64,000 nt of DNA from Octopus vulgaris (GCA_951406725.2 OX597840.1:14570001-14634000); one strand, 5' to 3'; shown: positions 1 through 12,814, counted from the stretch's first letter. The notes: generated by a model not told the origin, from the letters alone. Translations and numbers: made by a program.

Positions 1-330
1 TGATTTGCTGTACTTGATAAGACATGTCAAGCTAAATATAAGCACTGTCTTCAACACACACAGGCTTCTCCTTTCAGGTGCCAGTGCCACTTAAAAAACA
101 CATGTGCAAGTGCTGCATTAATGCACCTGTGCTGATATTACGTAGATGTGTTCATGCTGGTGGCACTTAAAAGGCACCCAGCACACTCTCTTAAGTGGTT
201 GGCATTAGGAAAGGCATCCAGTCATAGAAACCATGCCACAACAGACACTTGGAGTCTAGCCAGCTCTCTGTCAAACTGTCCAACCGATGCCAGCAAGGAA
301 AGCAGATGTTAAATGATGATGAGGATGATA
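1..330 (+). mobile_element. SINE-like repeat family C (AGGAAGGGCATCCAGC core, (GAT)n tail), 5' truncated
   Basis: gttggcattaggaaaggcatccagt core and gatgttaaatgatgatga tail. Similar copies at about 9060-9275, 24375-24900(-), 39395-39700, 53395-53540, 58640-58865 and 62388-62490. Confidence 0.75.
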
Positions 331-649
331 AAATCAACAGTGTAACAAAACTGTATTACAAAACATTGTCCCAAATTATAATGTATTGCACTAAGAGATG
401 AATATATTACATAACATATTGTATTTCATAACAGACCATGTTACAGACAATAACACACCTGACAATAAATCATGTGACAAACTGGTATGCAAATTATATT
501 TGTGTTACATATACAATATATTGCTTTATAAACCGCGTACCTTATTATAAGATTATGTTAGCATTGCAAATCCTAAAAGATGTATACTATGTCGTTCATC
601 TAGCTTTGCATACATATTTCTATATGTGCATGCACTTGTGAGGTGGGTG

Positions 650-1010
650 GGGGGCTGTGTCATAAGCAGCATACTTACCAACCACATGGTTCCAGGTTCA
701 ATTGTACTGTGTGGAACCTTGGGCAAGTGCCTTCTACTGTATATCCTCTGGCCGACAAAAGCCTTGTAAGTGGAATTGGTAGATGGAAACTGAAAGAAGC
801 CCATCGCATATATGTGTGTGTGTATGTGTTTGTCCCCTCACCATTGCTTGGCAACCGATGCTGGTGTGTTTACATCCCTGTAATTTAGCGGTTCGGCAAA
901 AGAGACAAATAAAATAAGTACTAAACTTACAAAGTCCTGAGGTCAATTTTCTTGACGAAAGGTGGTGCTCCAGCATGGCTACAGACAAATGACTGAAACA
1001 AATAAAAGAA
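650..1010 (+). mobile_element. tRNA-derived SINE family A (octopus-type)
   Basis: ggctgtgt head, ggttca B-box-like, ccttgggcaagtg, internal (TA/TG)n, ggtgctccagcatggc...aatgactgaaaca tail; more than 12 copies in the window. Confidence 0.85.
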
Positions 1011-1240
1011 TATGCATAAGTACATATATATATATATATATATCCACACACGCATTATATACATATATAATTCTAAGAGAGTTAGAGGTTGTGAATCCAA
1101 CCAAGGGATAATATCTATCCAATATACTGCTGGTAGAATACCCAATTATCAATACACAAGTGTTTTTTTTATTGCATGGCAATGAATGTAATAAATGGGT
1201 GAGGATAAAAAGTTGTTTTACCCTTAATTTATACAGCAGT

Positions 1241-1581
1241 AAGAAAATGGAGGGAATCAAGAGGTGGTGTTCATAAACTTTTAGCCATTATATTGTGTCT
1301 ATTTATTTAAAAAAAACAAACAATATACATGCATGTGTAACATATTATGCTTTACATATATAAAAATACCAGTGATTATTAAAATATATAATGTAGAACA
1401 CTGAAAATAGAATGTTCTACATTATATATTTTAATAATTACTGGTATTTTTATATATGTAAAGCATAATATGTCACACATGTATGTATATTGTTATAACT
1501 ACTTTTTTTAAAAAAATAAATAGACATAACATAATGTCTAAAAGCTGATGAATACCACCACTTGATCCCCTCCATTTTCTT
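1241..1581. repeat. Long inverted repeat (fold-back), about 160-bp arms, about 11-nt spacer
   Basis: aagaaaatggaggg...aatgtagaaca (1241-1400) is the reverse complement of tgttctacatt...ccctccattttctt (1413-1581), with scattered substitutions. Confidence 0.9.
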
Positions 1582-1624
1582 TTTGCCATATATATATAAA
1601 ATATGAAGAGTTTTCATGAGTGAT

Positions 1625-1905
1625 ACTTTAATATATATATATGTCATGTGATGATGTGACTGACCAGGCTAGCAGATGTTGTTACACATTGCTGGTCACA
1701 GTGCACTTTTGCATTGTTTTAGCCTTCAAAGACATCATCTCATTGGCTAGGCAAGCAGGCCAACATTCTCCCACTGATCAAAAGGAGGAGTGGAGCAACA
1801 TGAAATGAAGTGTCTTGCTCTAGAACACAACACACTGCCCGATCATGGAATCGAACCCACGATCTAGCGAGTGTGAGTGCAACAGCCTAACCACTTGGCT
1901 ACACA
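1625..1905 (-). mobile_element. tRNA-derived SINE family D-related, old copy
   Basis: Reverse complement has a tggttaggc...gggttcgattcc head and a 3' part matching 21600-21718 (ggctaaaacaatgc...acatctg...gtcacatcatcacatga). Confidence 0.75.
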
Positions 1906-2924
1906 CTCTCATCTATATGTATGTGTGTGTGTATACATATATATACACACACACAGTACAGAACTAAAGTAATACAAAGCAAAATAACAATAAACAAGAA
2001 TATAAATATTTAATATCAATAGAATCTTTATTGCCTGAAAGTTTCAAATTTCATTCTGGTTGTGACATTATTAACCCTTATACAGATTGGTCGATCTGTT
2101 AGCCTGCCATAATTCTACTCGAAACCAGACCAGGCTGATATCTTCAAGAATATCTATAATATTCTTTGTCGACCAAGATTCAGATATTTTATTTCCAGAG
2201 TTTTAAATAATACCCCTCTTTCATTCATTTTGAATTGTGTCATAAAAATGATTTCACCTGCTTTAGTATCTAGAAGCCTCAACGAGTTTCATGTCCACAG
2301 GGTTGAATTATATTTCGTTCCTATAAGGAATAAAACTGGAATGGAATGGAATTGTGGATATACTTCAATATCTTTCTTCTTCATCACCATTGCTTCCATC
2401 ACCACGATCATCGTTGTTATTATCATCATCATCATATTCACTATCATCACCACCACCACCATCATTACTACTGCCATAATCATCATTACTGCCATCACCA
2501 CCGCCACCATCATCATCACCGTCAACATCACCATCATAACCACCTTCATCACCACCACCTCCATCAACATGTCGTTCTCTATCCTAGCTGTCCATGGGTT
2601 GCCTGTGTGTCATCTCTAGTACAGTGTCTTGCCATTTATTGTAATCCTCTCTCATCTCCTTTGTAAACTTCAACTTCCTGAGATCAAATTTCACTGCTTC
2701 TTCACCTATATTCCTCTTTGGTATTCCTCTTCTGTAAATTTCTCTCATGTTGGTCCCTTCTTGCTCCTTCTTCACCCAAACCTCATCCTCCATGTTCACC
2801 TCACATCTTTCCTCCTGCACACTCTTCTCCCCTGCATGCTTCTTCTTACATGTGATTTGCACCTAATCTTTCTCTCAGTTTATTTGTCCTCTGTTGTCCA
2901 TGGACACCAGTGGTTCTCAACCAG

Positions 2925-3445
2925 GGTCTTCAATGTGAAGGGGTCCCAATGCAAATACATATATCTTTTTTCCAGTGACGAAAAGTCACTTATCTTGAAA
3001 AAGTGTAAACAAGCAATAATAATTCTCTGAGCGAGGTATAAACAGTAGCTGCACGACAATGTGAAGTATATTTATCATTTAAATGTGGCTAACCACTAAG
3101 GGTGGATACCACTGTAGTTTGTAGCCCAGGAGAACATCATCTCCAGTTGGCTATTGACACACTTTCTGTGCCCTATCAGTATTTGCAAAGGGAAGCCATC
3201 CTTCTCATCTCCAATCTGATGTGATATGCATGGACCCTGCTTTCTGGGTATTTACCCGTTGTCAGTGCACTACAATCACCGGTCTTTGATGCGAAGGGGT
3301 CCCAATGCAAATACATATATCCTTTTCCCAGTGACGAAAAGTAGCATCCACCCTTAGTGGTTGGCCACATTTAGGTGGCAAATATACTTCACATTGTTGT
3401 GCAGCTACTGTTTATACCTCGTTCAGAGATTTATTATTGCTTATA
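2925..3445 (-). mobile_element. Penelope-like pseudo-LTR fragment with partial tandem and inverted duplication
   Basis: Direct repeat 2925-2986 vs 3281-3342; inverted repeat about 3011-3108 vs 3346-3442; HHR-like motif at 3227-3270 (-). Confidence 0.65.
3227..3270 (-). ncRNA. Degenerate type I hammerhead ribozyme
   Basis: Minus strand: gtgca CTGACAA c-gggta-aa-taccc-a GAAA gcagg GTC catgca. Core differs from CUGACGA by one CpG transition; stems I and III are imperfect. Confidence 0.55.
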
Positions 3446-3872
3446 TATTAATAATCATAACAAGGGATTGGCAATAAGCCTCTCCCCATGCTGGAAAAAT
3501 AGATGCCAATAGACGCTATTACCACCTTGAGATCTCCGAGAATACCACACGGGGTTGTAGGCGAGCAAAAGAAAGATGATAAATTAAACTTTTGGTTAAC
3601 CATGTACAAGATCCTATTTCAAGTAAAGAAAAATATTGCTCACTGCTCTCATCAGCAACGATATTCCATAGAATAAATTTACGAGAATCCACACATATGC
3701 ATAGATGCCAATAGACGCTATTACCACCAGCCAGTAAATGTGCACACTCGTAGAAATACACAGTAAAGTAGAATTCACATCACCTTTTTACAACCACATG
3801 TACTATGCAGTAGTTTTTATTTCTGCGCTGAACCCCTGGTAAAATCATTAATGATTTTTATCCTTTATTATA

Positions 3873-3904
<32 letters not shown>

Positions 3905-4469
3905 GTATGTATATGTTTATACGTCTGTGTTTGACAACCGATAGTGTGTTTACGTTCCTGTAACTTTGCAGTTTGGCAAAAGAGACTGATAGAATAAGTA
4001 CTACGCTTACAAAGAATAAGTTCTGGCATCGGTTCATTCGACTAAAGGTGGTGCTCCAGCATGGCCGCAGTCAAATGACTGAAATAAGCAAAAGAATAAA
4101 AATGAATAAAAGAATACATACATATACACAGTATAAGTGCAGTATAGAATATACAGCCATATGATGTGGGGATATAGAAAATTATGCTATATAAATTAGT
4201 ATGATATAAGATGGTGTATATATTTATGTGCAGCAGTGTTTTATATATAACAGTGTGTATATATGTAAATGTTCTACTGGAATTGAATTCATTTTTCCAT
4301 CGAACTCATCTGTTTTTTCCGATTTACTTTAATTCCCTTCTTTTGATAGAGAATATGACAATGAAAGGTCACACACACAGGCACACATATACATACAGGG
4401 TGTCTACATACATACATAAATATACAAGTATGTACTCATATATACATTTATATGTTTATGTATATATAT

Positions 4470-4507
<38 letters not shown>

Positions 4508-5065
4508 TTTATATAAACATATATATATATATATACCTACACACATTTATGCACTCTTTACTCTATTTGTATAGAAATGTTTTCCATAGAATTTTCAACA
4601 AGATTTAATGTGGTAATTCTCAGTAATTCCAACACAAAAATAATTTTCTTTCTTTCTTTCTTTTTTGCTTTCTTTCTTTTTTTCATATCTTTTCCCCTTG
4701 AAATTTTCTTTCTGATCATGTATTTTTTTTTAAGTTTCATTTATTTTACATATTTATTAATTCATTTCTCAAATTTATTTATTTATCTTTTTTTGAAAAT
4801 TTCTTTTTTTATTTACGTTTCTTTTCAATGGAACAAATAAAGAATTTCTTTACAACTCTTTCACGGAATGAGATTAACTCTTTCTCTTTTGTTCACAAAG
4901 TTATTCTGTGACCGATTTATTTTCCAAGTGACGCAGTCAAAGATTAAGTTTATTCTGCTTACGCAAATGTAGCACCTAGTTGGGTTACGCGGTGAAAAAG
5001 GGTGTGTATGCATGTATACATACATACATGCATACATCAATAACTACAAACATACATACATACAT

Positions 5066-5283
5066 ATGATGGGGTACTGAAAGGTTACTTACTGTAAGGG
5101 TATCATGAAGGGCCAGGCTGGAGGCCTAACCTTCTAAGTTCTTTTACAGGGCTTCAAAAAACTGAAGGACTGCTGTAATAAGTGTGTATCTGAGAAGGGG
5201 ATATGTTGAATAAAATCATAATTAACTGGTCCTCCTGTATTTTCTTTTACCCAAAGGCAAGAACTTTTCTGCACTCCCTCATG
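5066..5283 (+). mobile_element. Mariner-derived non-autonomous element
   Basis: TIR-like atgatggggtactgaaaggtt / aacttttctgcactccctcat. The interior resembles a decayed mariner transposase C-terminus (KCV.L.G.YVE*-like). Confidence 0.6.
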
Positions 5284-5315
5284 CATACATACATACATAC
5301 ATAAATACATACATG

Positions 5316-5508
5316 CAACGCTAAATTTATCATTGTATTTAGGTGTGCTGAAGCACAGAGCCCTGTTGACCATAGGGTGCGGGGGGCCATCTTCCTGCCC
5401 CCAAAATATTTTACAATGAATTTCTTGAGCATGTATGCTTGACTGTCCAAGTAAGGGACCTCATAACTTAACTAGCACAGAGCTACATTTGTCCTAAATC
5501 TGGTACTG
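5316..5508. mobile_element. hAT-type MITE
   Basis: Homologous to 60262-60433 (gcacagagccc...gtccaagtaaggg...taactagcacag...catttgtcctaaat...actg); flanks catacatg/catacata. Confidence 0.65.
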
Positions 5509-5611
5509 CATACATACATACATGCATACATACATACATACACACATACACACATACATACATACATACATACATACATACATACATACATACATACACA
5601 CATACATACAC

Positions 5612-5660
<49 letters not shown>

Positions 5661-5891
5661 TACATTACTGGGGCCCTGGAATATGTAACACACTACCTAA
5701 ATGCCAATTAGGCTTCTCAAAACCAGTTCCAGATCCAATCCATCAGTGAAACTGTCAAAATCTGTAAAACTGTCCAGAAGTTTATCATTTCAATATATAT
5801 ATATGAGCTTGTCTAGATATGCAGCTATATGCATGAGAATACATACAGAAAGCAAAACATACAAATCTGCACATATACATACATACATAGG

Positions 5892-6300
5892 TGTAGGAGT
5901 GGCTGTGTGGTAAGTAGCTTGCTTACAAACCACATGGTTCAGTCCCACTGCGTGGCACCTTGGGCAAGTGTCTTCTACTATAGCCTCGGGCTGACCAAAG
6001 CCTTAAGAGTGGATTTGGTAGACAGAAACTGAAAGAAGCCTGTCGTATAAATATATATATATATGTATATATATATGCACGTGTGTGTGTATATGTTTGT
6101 GTATCAGTGTTTGTTACCCCAATATCGCTTGACAACCAATGCTGGTGTATTTACGCCCCAGTAACTTAGCAGTTCAGCAAAAGAGACTGATAGAATAAGT
6201 GCTAGGCTTACAAAGAATAAGTCTTGGGGTTAATTTGCTCGACTAAAGGTGGTGCTCCAGCATGGCCACAGTCAAATGACTGAAACACGTAAAAGAGTAT
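5892..6300 (+). mobile_element. tRNA-derived SINE family A, near full length
   Basis: gtaggagtggctgtgtggtaagtagcttgc head through aatgactgaaacacgtaaaagag tail. Confidence 0.9.
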
Positions 6301-6539
6301 ACATACATACACACAAAAATACCTTGTTGTTGATGTTGAAATTCCAATGAAATCTTGAAATCTTAGCAAGAAATCTTCAAGTAAAACTGAACAATGACAT
6401 ACATACCAACACACACATGCATGCACACTCACCGTTAATTCAAGCGGGGCCAGAGAAAAGGTCCATTGGACCAGCTGAGAACAAGTATCACACTCTCTTG
6501 TATCAAGCTCTCCTTCTCCAGATCATTAGCCAACAATGT

Positions 6540-6593
6540 ATGTATATATATGTATATCTATCTATCTATCTATCTATCCATCTATCCATATCC

Positions 6594-6639
<46 letters not shown>

Positions 6640-6640
6640 G

Positions 6641-6671
<31 letters not shown>

Positions 6672-6849
6672 CATATATGTTATATATATATATATATATA
6701 TATGTTATATATATATATATATCATATATGTTATATATATATATATATCATATACATGTTATATATATATATATATATCATATATATGTTATATGTTATA
6801 TATATATATGTGTGTGTGTCTGTATGTGTGTTATATATATAATATATGT

Positions 6850-6883
<34 letters not shown>

Positions 6884-6982
6884 GTTATATGTTATATATA
6901 TATATGTGTGTGTGTCTGTATGTGTGTTATATATCATATATATGTTATATATATGTTATATATATATATATATATATATATT
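6540..6982. repeat. Compound microsatellite (TATC)n/(TA)n with higher-order units
   Basis: Direct inspection. Confidence 0.95.
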
Positions 6983-7082
6983 AGGGAGTATATCCAAACT
7001 TACAGGGAAAAATTAGATTTAGGAACAATACAATCAAATTTCAAGTATAAATATAAATTAAATTAGAATAAAACTCAGCTCA

Positions 7083-7157
7083 TCTTGTACCGCAGTTTCG
7101 TCTTTTTTTTAGCAGATGAATATAATTTATCTGCCAAGGCTAGACTCTTCAGTAAGC
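7083..7157 (-). ncRNA. Type I hammerhead ribozyme with extended stem II
   Basis: Minus strand: ctta CTGAAGA gtc...ttggcagataaat-tat-attcatctgctaa...gac GAAA c-tgcg-GTA caag. Core intact; stem III is close to the palindrome ACCGCGGU. Confidence 0.75.
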
Positions 7158-7610
7158 AGCCTTTGTTATCCTAGAAGTACATATAGTTAGAAGCATGTAC
7201 GGTTCTAAGGACTTGCATTCTCTAAGATGAGCTGAGTTTGTAAACGTTTTTGATTTTCATTTCATGAATTTATCCACTTTTTGTGTATCTAGTACTTGCT
7301 TCTTCTTCTAGAGGCCTTTTAATGTACTTATATATGAATAACATATAGTCTAATGACTAATTTGTCTTTTGTGCTAGATCACTGGTAATAATAATTTATT
7401 TTATTACCCTTTTTACTATATACATATTATATATATATGTTTTCTTCATCTCTTAACTATAGAACTGTAGTAGTAGTTCTTGTTGTGTAGCCCCAAGTCA
7501 TCTCTCATTGAGTAGACTTGAGAGTCACACTCGCTTGTTAGTGACATTTATACTTTTACATGAAATATTAATGAACTACAAGAGATTAAAATTGTTAATT
7601 AATAGATAAT

Positions 7611-7816
7611 TAGGCAATCTTTCGGTATAAGTACATACGTAGATTTGTTTACATTTCTGAAGATAACAGAAACCCTTTTCTCTCACCCCTAACCCTAACA
7701 CAAACCCTAACCCTAACCCCCTCCCCATATATAAAAAAAAACACTTTACGGAGAGTGATGATCTTCTTCTTGAAATGTATCCGGTACTTCCGGTACTTAT
7801 ACCGAAAGAACGCTGA
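7611..7816. mobile_element. MITE with 17-bp perfect TIR core and internal (CCCTAA)n
   Basis: tctttcggtataagtac (7618-7634) / gtacttataccgaaaga (7793-7809); ccctaa units at about 7686-7718. Confidence 0.75.
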
Positions 7817-7854
7817 TAATTATTATTGATTATTCTGTTGTAAAAGGCAGAAAC

Positions 7855-8060
7855 GTGGCAGAGCTGTAAACATGGCAAAGAACAATGCTTAGCAGTATTT
7901 TATCCATCTTTACGTTCTGAGTTCAGATTCTGCCAAAGTCGATTTTACCTTTCATCCTTTTGCAGTTGCTAAAATGAGAACCAGTTAAATACTGGGGTCA
8001 ATGTAATTGACTTACCCCCTGCCCTGAAGTTGTTGGCCTTGTGCCAAAACATGAAACAGT
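7855..8060 (+). mobile_element. SINE family B (Nin/Deu-like central domain)
   Basis: atgcttagcagtattt...ttctgagttca...gtcgattttacctttcatcctttt...accagtt...ctggggtcaatgtaattgac; more than 15 copies in the window. Confidence 0.8.
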
Positions 8061-8247
8061 TATTTTGGTTTTTATAGGTGCAGGCGTGGCTGTGTGGTAA
8101 GAATCTTGCTTCCCAACCATATGGTTCTGCTTTACATGCAGTAAACCTGTAAACTTATGATTCAAGGCATCATTTTTGAACCCTTTATAATCTATTATAT
8201 TAAATGTTTAATTTAATATGATCTATTGTACTAAATATGAAAACACC

Positions 8248-8650
8248 ATGGCTGTGTAGTAAGAGGCTTGCTTCCCAACCACAAAGTTCTGGGTTCAGTC
8301 CCGCTGCGTAGCACCTTGGGCAAGTGTCTTATACTATAGTCCCAGGTTGACCAAAGTCTTGTAAGTGGATTTTGCAGAGGGAACCTGAAAGAAGCCTGTC
8401 ATATATATGTATATATATATATGTTTGTATGTATTTGTGTGTGTGTGTCTGTGTTTGTGCCCCCACCATCACTTGACAACAATGTTGGTGTGTTTACATC
8501 CCTGTAGCTTAGCAGTTTGGCAAAAGAGATCAATAGAATAAATACTTGTCTTACAAAGAATATGTCCTAGGGTTGATTTGTTCAACTAAAGTTGGTGCTC
8601 CAGCATGGCCACAGTCAAATGACTGAAACAAGTGAAAGAAGAAAAGAATA
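8248..8650 (+). mobile_element. tRNA-derived SINE family A
   Basis: Same head, body and tail as 5892-6300. Confidence 0.9.
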
Positions 8651-9984
8651 TCATGAAGCAATAAAAACTATTACTGTGTTGTATCAATGTTTAGCAGTAT
8701 TTGGTCTGTCTTTACATTCTGAGTTCAAATTCCACTGCGGTCGACTTTGCCTTTCATCCTTGATAAATTAAGTACCAGTTGCATACTGGGACGATCTTAT
8801 TGACTGGCCCCATCCCTAAAAATTTCGGGCCTTGTACCTTGAGTACAAAAGAATACTTTACTGACTTAGCTAATGATGTACCCTAAAAATTACGATAAAC
8901 ATTTAAATAAGATGAGAGAGCAAGGAAAAAGCTTTGGAAATTATGTTTGTGTCCTGCAATGAAATGAAAAGTCAGTTCTGATCTCTTTTTCTTTTTTTTT
9001 GTGTGTGTGTTTGTGGACAAGTGATTCACCAAGACTGATAAATGCCCAAAGCATTTGGCAAAATACTGTGCTTGAGAAGACCTGTCTAACCGAGTGAGTT
9101 TGTAGTCATGACTAATGCCAGTGTTTCATAACTGACACCTATGATGATGGCATGTAAAAAACCCACTCACCAGGCTCTTGGAGTGGTTGGCATTAGGAAG
9201 GGCATCCAGCTGCAGAAACCGTGTGAAATCAGACTGGAACCGGGTGCAGTTAAACAATGATGATGATGATGATGTTTGTGTGCGTGTGTTTGTTTCTCTG
9301 TCTCCCTGCCCTTCCAACTCATCCACAACCCAAAATGGTCATTGCTAAAGAATCCACACCAAAATATCCGTACCCAATCATCTTGTTCCATAACTGCATT
9401 AAACCCCAGACAAATGAAAAACTAAGTTGACACTGATTGGATTTGAACTGTGAATGTTGCAAGGCAAATCTAAATATAAAAAAGAAAAAAGAAAAAAGTT
9501 TGGTCTCACAGATTGACTTGTTCTACCTTGTATTTCAGTTTCCACTTTCAACCAATTCTCAAATATTGATTTCTAGTGTCTGCTAAAATGGTAAAGGACC
9601 TTTATCAATAAAAAATATAATAATATTTGTTATGATACTGAAGGAATTCTTTAGAATTCTTTAATGTCTGAATTTGTTTTTGATTTTTCATGGTTTTCTA
9701 ATATCTTTTACACCTTTTAACACTATTTCTTTTATCTGGAATGCTGTTAAAACAAATTACTGCTATGAAATCAAAAGGAGAGCATTTTACTGATAAATAT
9801 TAAGAAAGCAGTTAAAAATAGTTTGGACCATTTTATAAAAAGATGGAAAATTGGCCAAGCATCAGACAAGATGTCTTGCAGTGACCATTCTGGCTCTTGG
9901 CATTTTGAGTTCAAATTGTACCTGATTCAGGGTTAACTAGCTGACCACAATAGTGCTCCTTTGTTCCAATAGTGGAGAAGCCTC

Positions 9985-10340
9985 TTTTACTTGTTTCAGT
10001 CATTTGCCTGTGGCCATGCTGGAGCACCGCCTTTAGTTGAGCAAATCAACCCCAGGACTTATTCTTTTTAAGCCTAGTACTTATTCTATCAGTCTCTTTT
10101 TGCCGAACCACTAAGTTACTGGGACGTAAACACACCAGCATTGCTTGTCAAGTGATGTTGGTGGGACAAACACAGACACACATATATATATATACATATA
10201 TACAACAGGCTTCTTTCAGTTTCCATCTACCAAATCCACTCACAAGTCTGTGGTCGGCCTGAGGCTATAGTAGAAGACACTTGCCCAAGGTGCCATGCAG
10301 TGGGACTGAACTCAGAACCATGTGGTTCGTAAGTAAGCTA
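9985..10340 (-). mobile_element. tRNA-derived SINE family A
   Basis: Reverse complement of the family A consensus. Confidence 0.9.
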
Positions 10341-10484
10341 CTTACCATGCAGCTACTCCTCCACTTGCAAACAGATTAAATATATCTACAATAGCGTATT
10401 GCAATAATATGCAATAGGGGATGAAAAATGGTTAAAGGGAATAGATAAGTAACTTTTAGAATATATCTCGAGGCATGGAGAGAT

Positions 10485-11120
10485 ACATTGCTTCCCAACC
10501 ACATGGTTTTGGGTTCAGTCCCACTGTATGGCCCCTAGGGCAAATGTCTTTTACTCTAGCTTTGTGCTGACCAAAGCCTTGTGAGTGGATTTGGTACACA
10601 GAAACTGAAAGAACTTGATGGTGGCAAGCTGGCAGAAACATTAAAATGCTAGGTAAAATGCTTAGCGGAATTTCATGTCATTACATTCTAAGTTCAAATT
10701 CTGCCAAGATCGACTTTGCCTTTCATCCTTTCGGGGTTGATAAATTAAGTACCAGTTGCACACTGGAGTCGATGTAATCGACTTAATCCCCTTTCTCTGT
10801 CCTTGTTTGTCCCCTCTATGTTTAGCCCCTTGTGAGCAATAAAGAAATAAGAACCTGAAAGAAGCCTGTCGTGTGTGTGTGTGTGGGTGTGCATCTTAGT
10901 GTCTGTGTTTGTCCCCTTCAAGTACTTGATAACCAGTGTTAGTGTGTTTACATCCCTGTAACACACGAACCGTTCAGAAAAAGTGACCAAAAGAACAAAT
11001 AACAAGCTTTGAAAAAAAAAAGGTCCTGAGGTCAATCAGTTTGACTAAAATTCCTCAAAGCAATGCTGTAATAAATTGCATGGCTGCCTTCCAATGACTG
11101 AAACAAGTAAGAGATAAAAA
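10485..11120 (+). mobile_element. Family A SINE interrupted by a family B SINE (about 10620-10850)
   Basis: Family A breaks at gaaactgaaagaa and resumes at ctgaaagaagcctgtcg after a complete family B copy. Confidence 0.8.
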
Positions 11121-11244
11121 ATTGGGATTACTTCCCTTCGTTTATTTTTAATTATGCTAATTGTACTGATAAAATTACTTCTGAATCTTTCTCAATTTGT
11201 AAAAAACTGCATCAAGTGATCAGCAGAACTGGTTAGGCTGTATT

Positions 11245-11280
11245 GTGCTGATGAGGCCTGATAGACTGAAACAGGTCTAT
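11245..11280 (+). ncRNA. Minimal hammerhead-like core, weak stem I
   Basis: gtg CTGATGA ggcc-tgata-gact GAAA c-ag-GTC tat; all core nucleotides present, stem I only about 3 bp. Confidence 0.45.
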
Positions 11281-11684
11281 TGTTGCTTCCCTTGGCTTTG
11301 AGTAAACAAGTAAATTATGTTCATAAATTTAATTCTTAATTACCTGAAATTATTTCCCCATTTCTCTGAGAATTTCCTAAAAGTTATTGATGGGTTTTAG
11401 GTTGTACCAATCTTTACCCAGTGGGGTGGAGGAGAGAAGGGGCTCTGCATGGTCACAAAACATTGCTAGAAACAGAAGTCATATGAAGTGAAGTAACATA
11501 AAATAATATAGTCTTTGGTAGACAATGTCTCTCATAATTGATTTTCTTATACAAATAATGGAATGAATGATTAACTTCCTCGTCTTTGTGCAAATGTAGT
11601 ATCAACTTGGATTGTGTAGGGAAAGAGGATACACACACATATAACTATATATATATATAACACAAATATACATATATATATACT

Positions 11685-11740
<56 letters not shown>

Positions 11741-12189
11741 CTCACACATACACACATACACACACATACACACACGCATACAAACAGGTAGAATAGAGAG
11801 CTATGTATGCTTTTGTTCAACCCCTCAAAGGTCTCATCATCCCCTCAAGGAATATTTTTACTGTTTGGAATATAATTGTCAATAGTTCTTATGAACTTAC
11901 TGATATCACCTCATCTATCTATCTGTTTGTCTGCCAGTCTGTCTGTCTATGTATATTTGTATGTATGGATGGATGGATGGATGGTTGTTTGTTTGTTTGT
12001 TTCTTTGTTTGTATGTATGCACATATGTATGTCTGTATCTATCTACCTATATATCTATATATGTGTCTAACTATCTATCTATCTCTCTTTGTATATATAT
12101 GATGCATATATGTATCTATCTATCTATCTATTTGTCTTTCTATATGTCTGTCTCTCTGTCTATCTGTCTCTCTCTTCCTATCTATTTAT

Positions 12190-12237
<48 letters not shown>

Positions 12238-12309
12238 TTATATATCTATCTTTTGTCTGTCTGTCTCTCTCTATCTATTTGTCTGTCTCTCTCCCTGTCC
12301 ATTTGCCTA

Positions 12310-12345
<36 letters not shown>

Positions 12346-12814
12346 TTTATATGTCTGTCTGTATATTTATCTATCTATCTGTCTGTTTGTCTAATCTATC
12401 AATAAATTTATTTATCTGTCTGTCTGTCTATCTATCTATCTGTCCGTCTATCCACACACACACACTAACACGCACATACAAATATAAATGTATCTGTGTG
12501 TATATGTGCATACACACATACAGTATTTACATGAACATTTGTATATCTTTGTATAATCACACACACAAACTCACACAAACACAGAAACACATTTCCAAAA
12601 CGGCAGATACATATACACACGGACACATATGATTAATATTTAAACAGGGATAAAATACACTTCATTGTCTCATTGTATCTCTGTCAAAATTCTTCACTTG
12701 ACTCCATTGATAAATGATTTCTTGTCATTGCTTCTTGTTGTTTCGCTAAGAAACTTTCCGCTTTTCATAAATTTGTTGCTGTTGTTTGTGATGATGCTGG
12801 TGGCAGTAGTGGTT

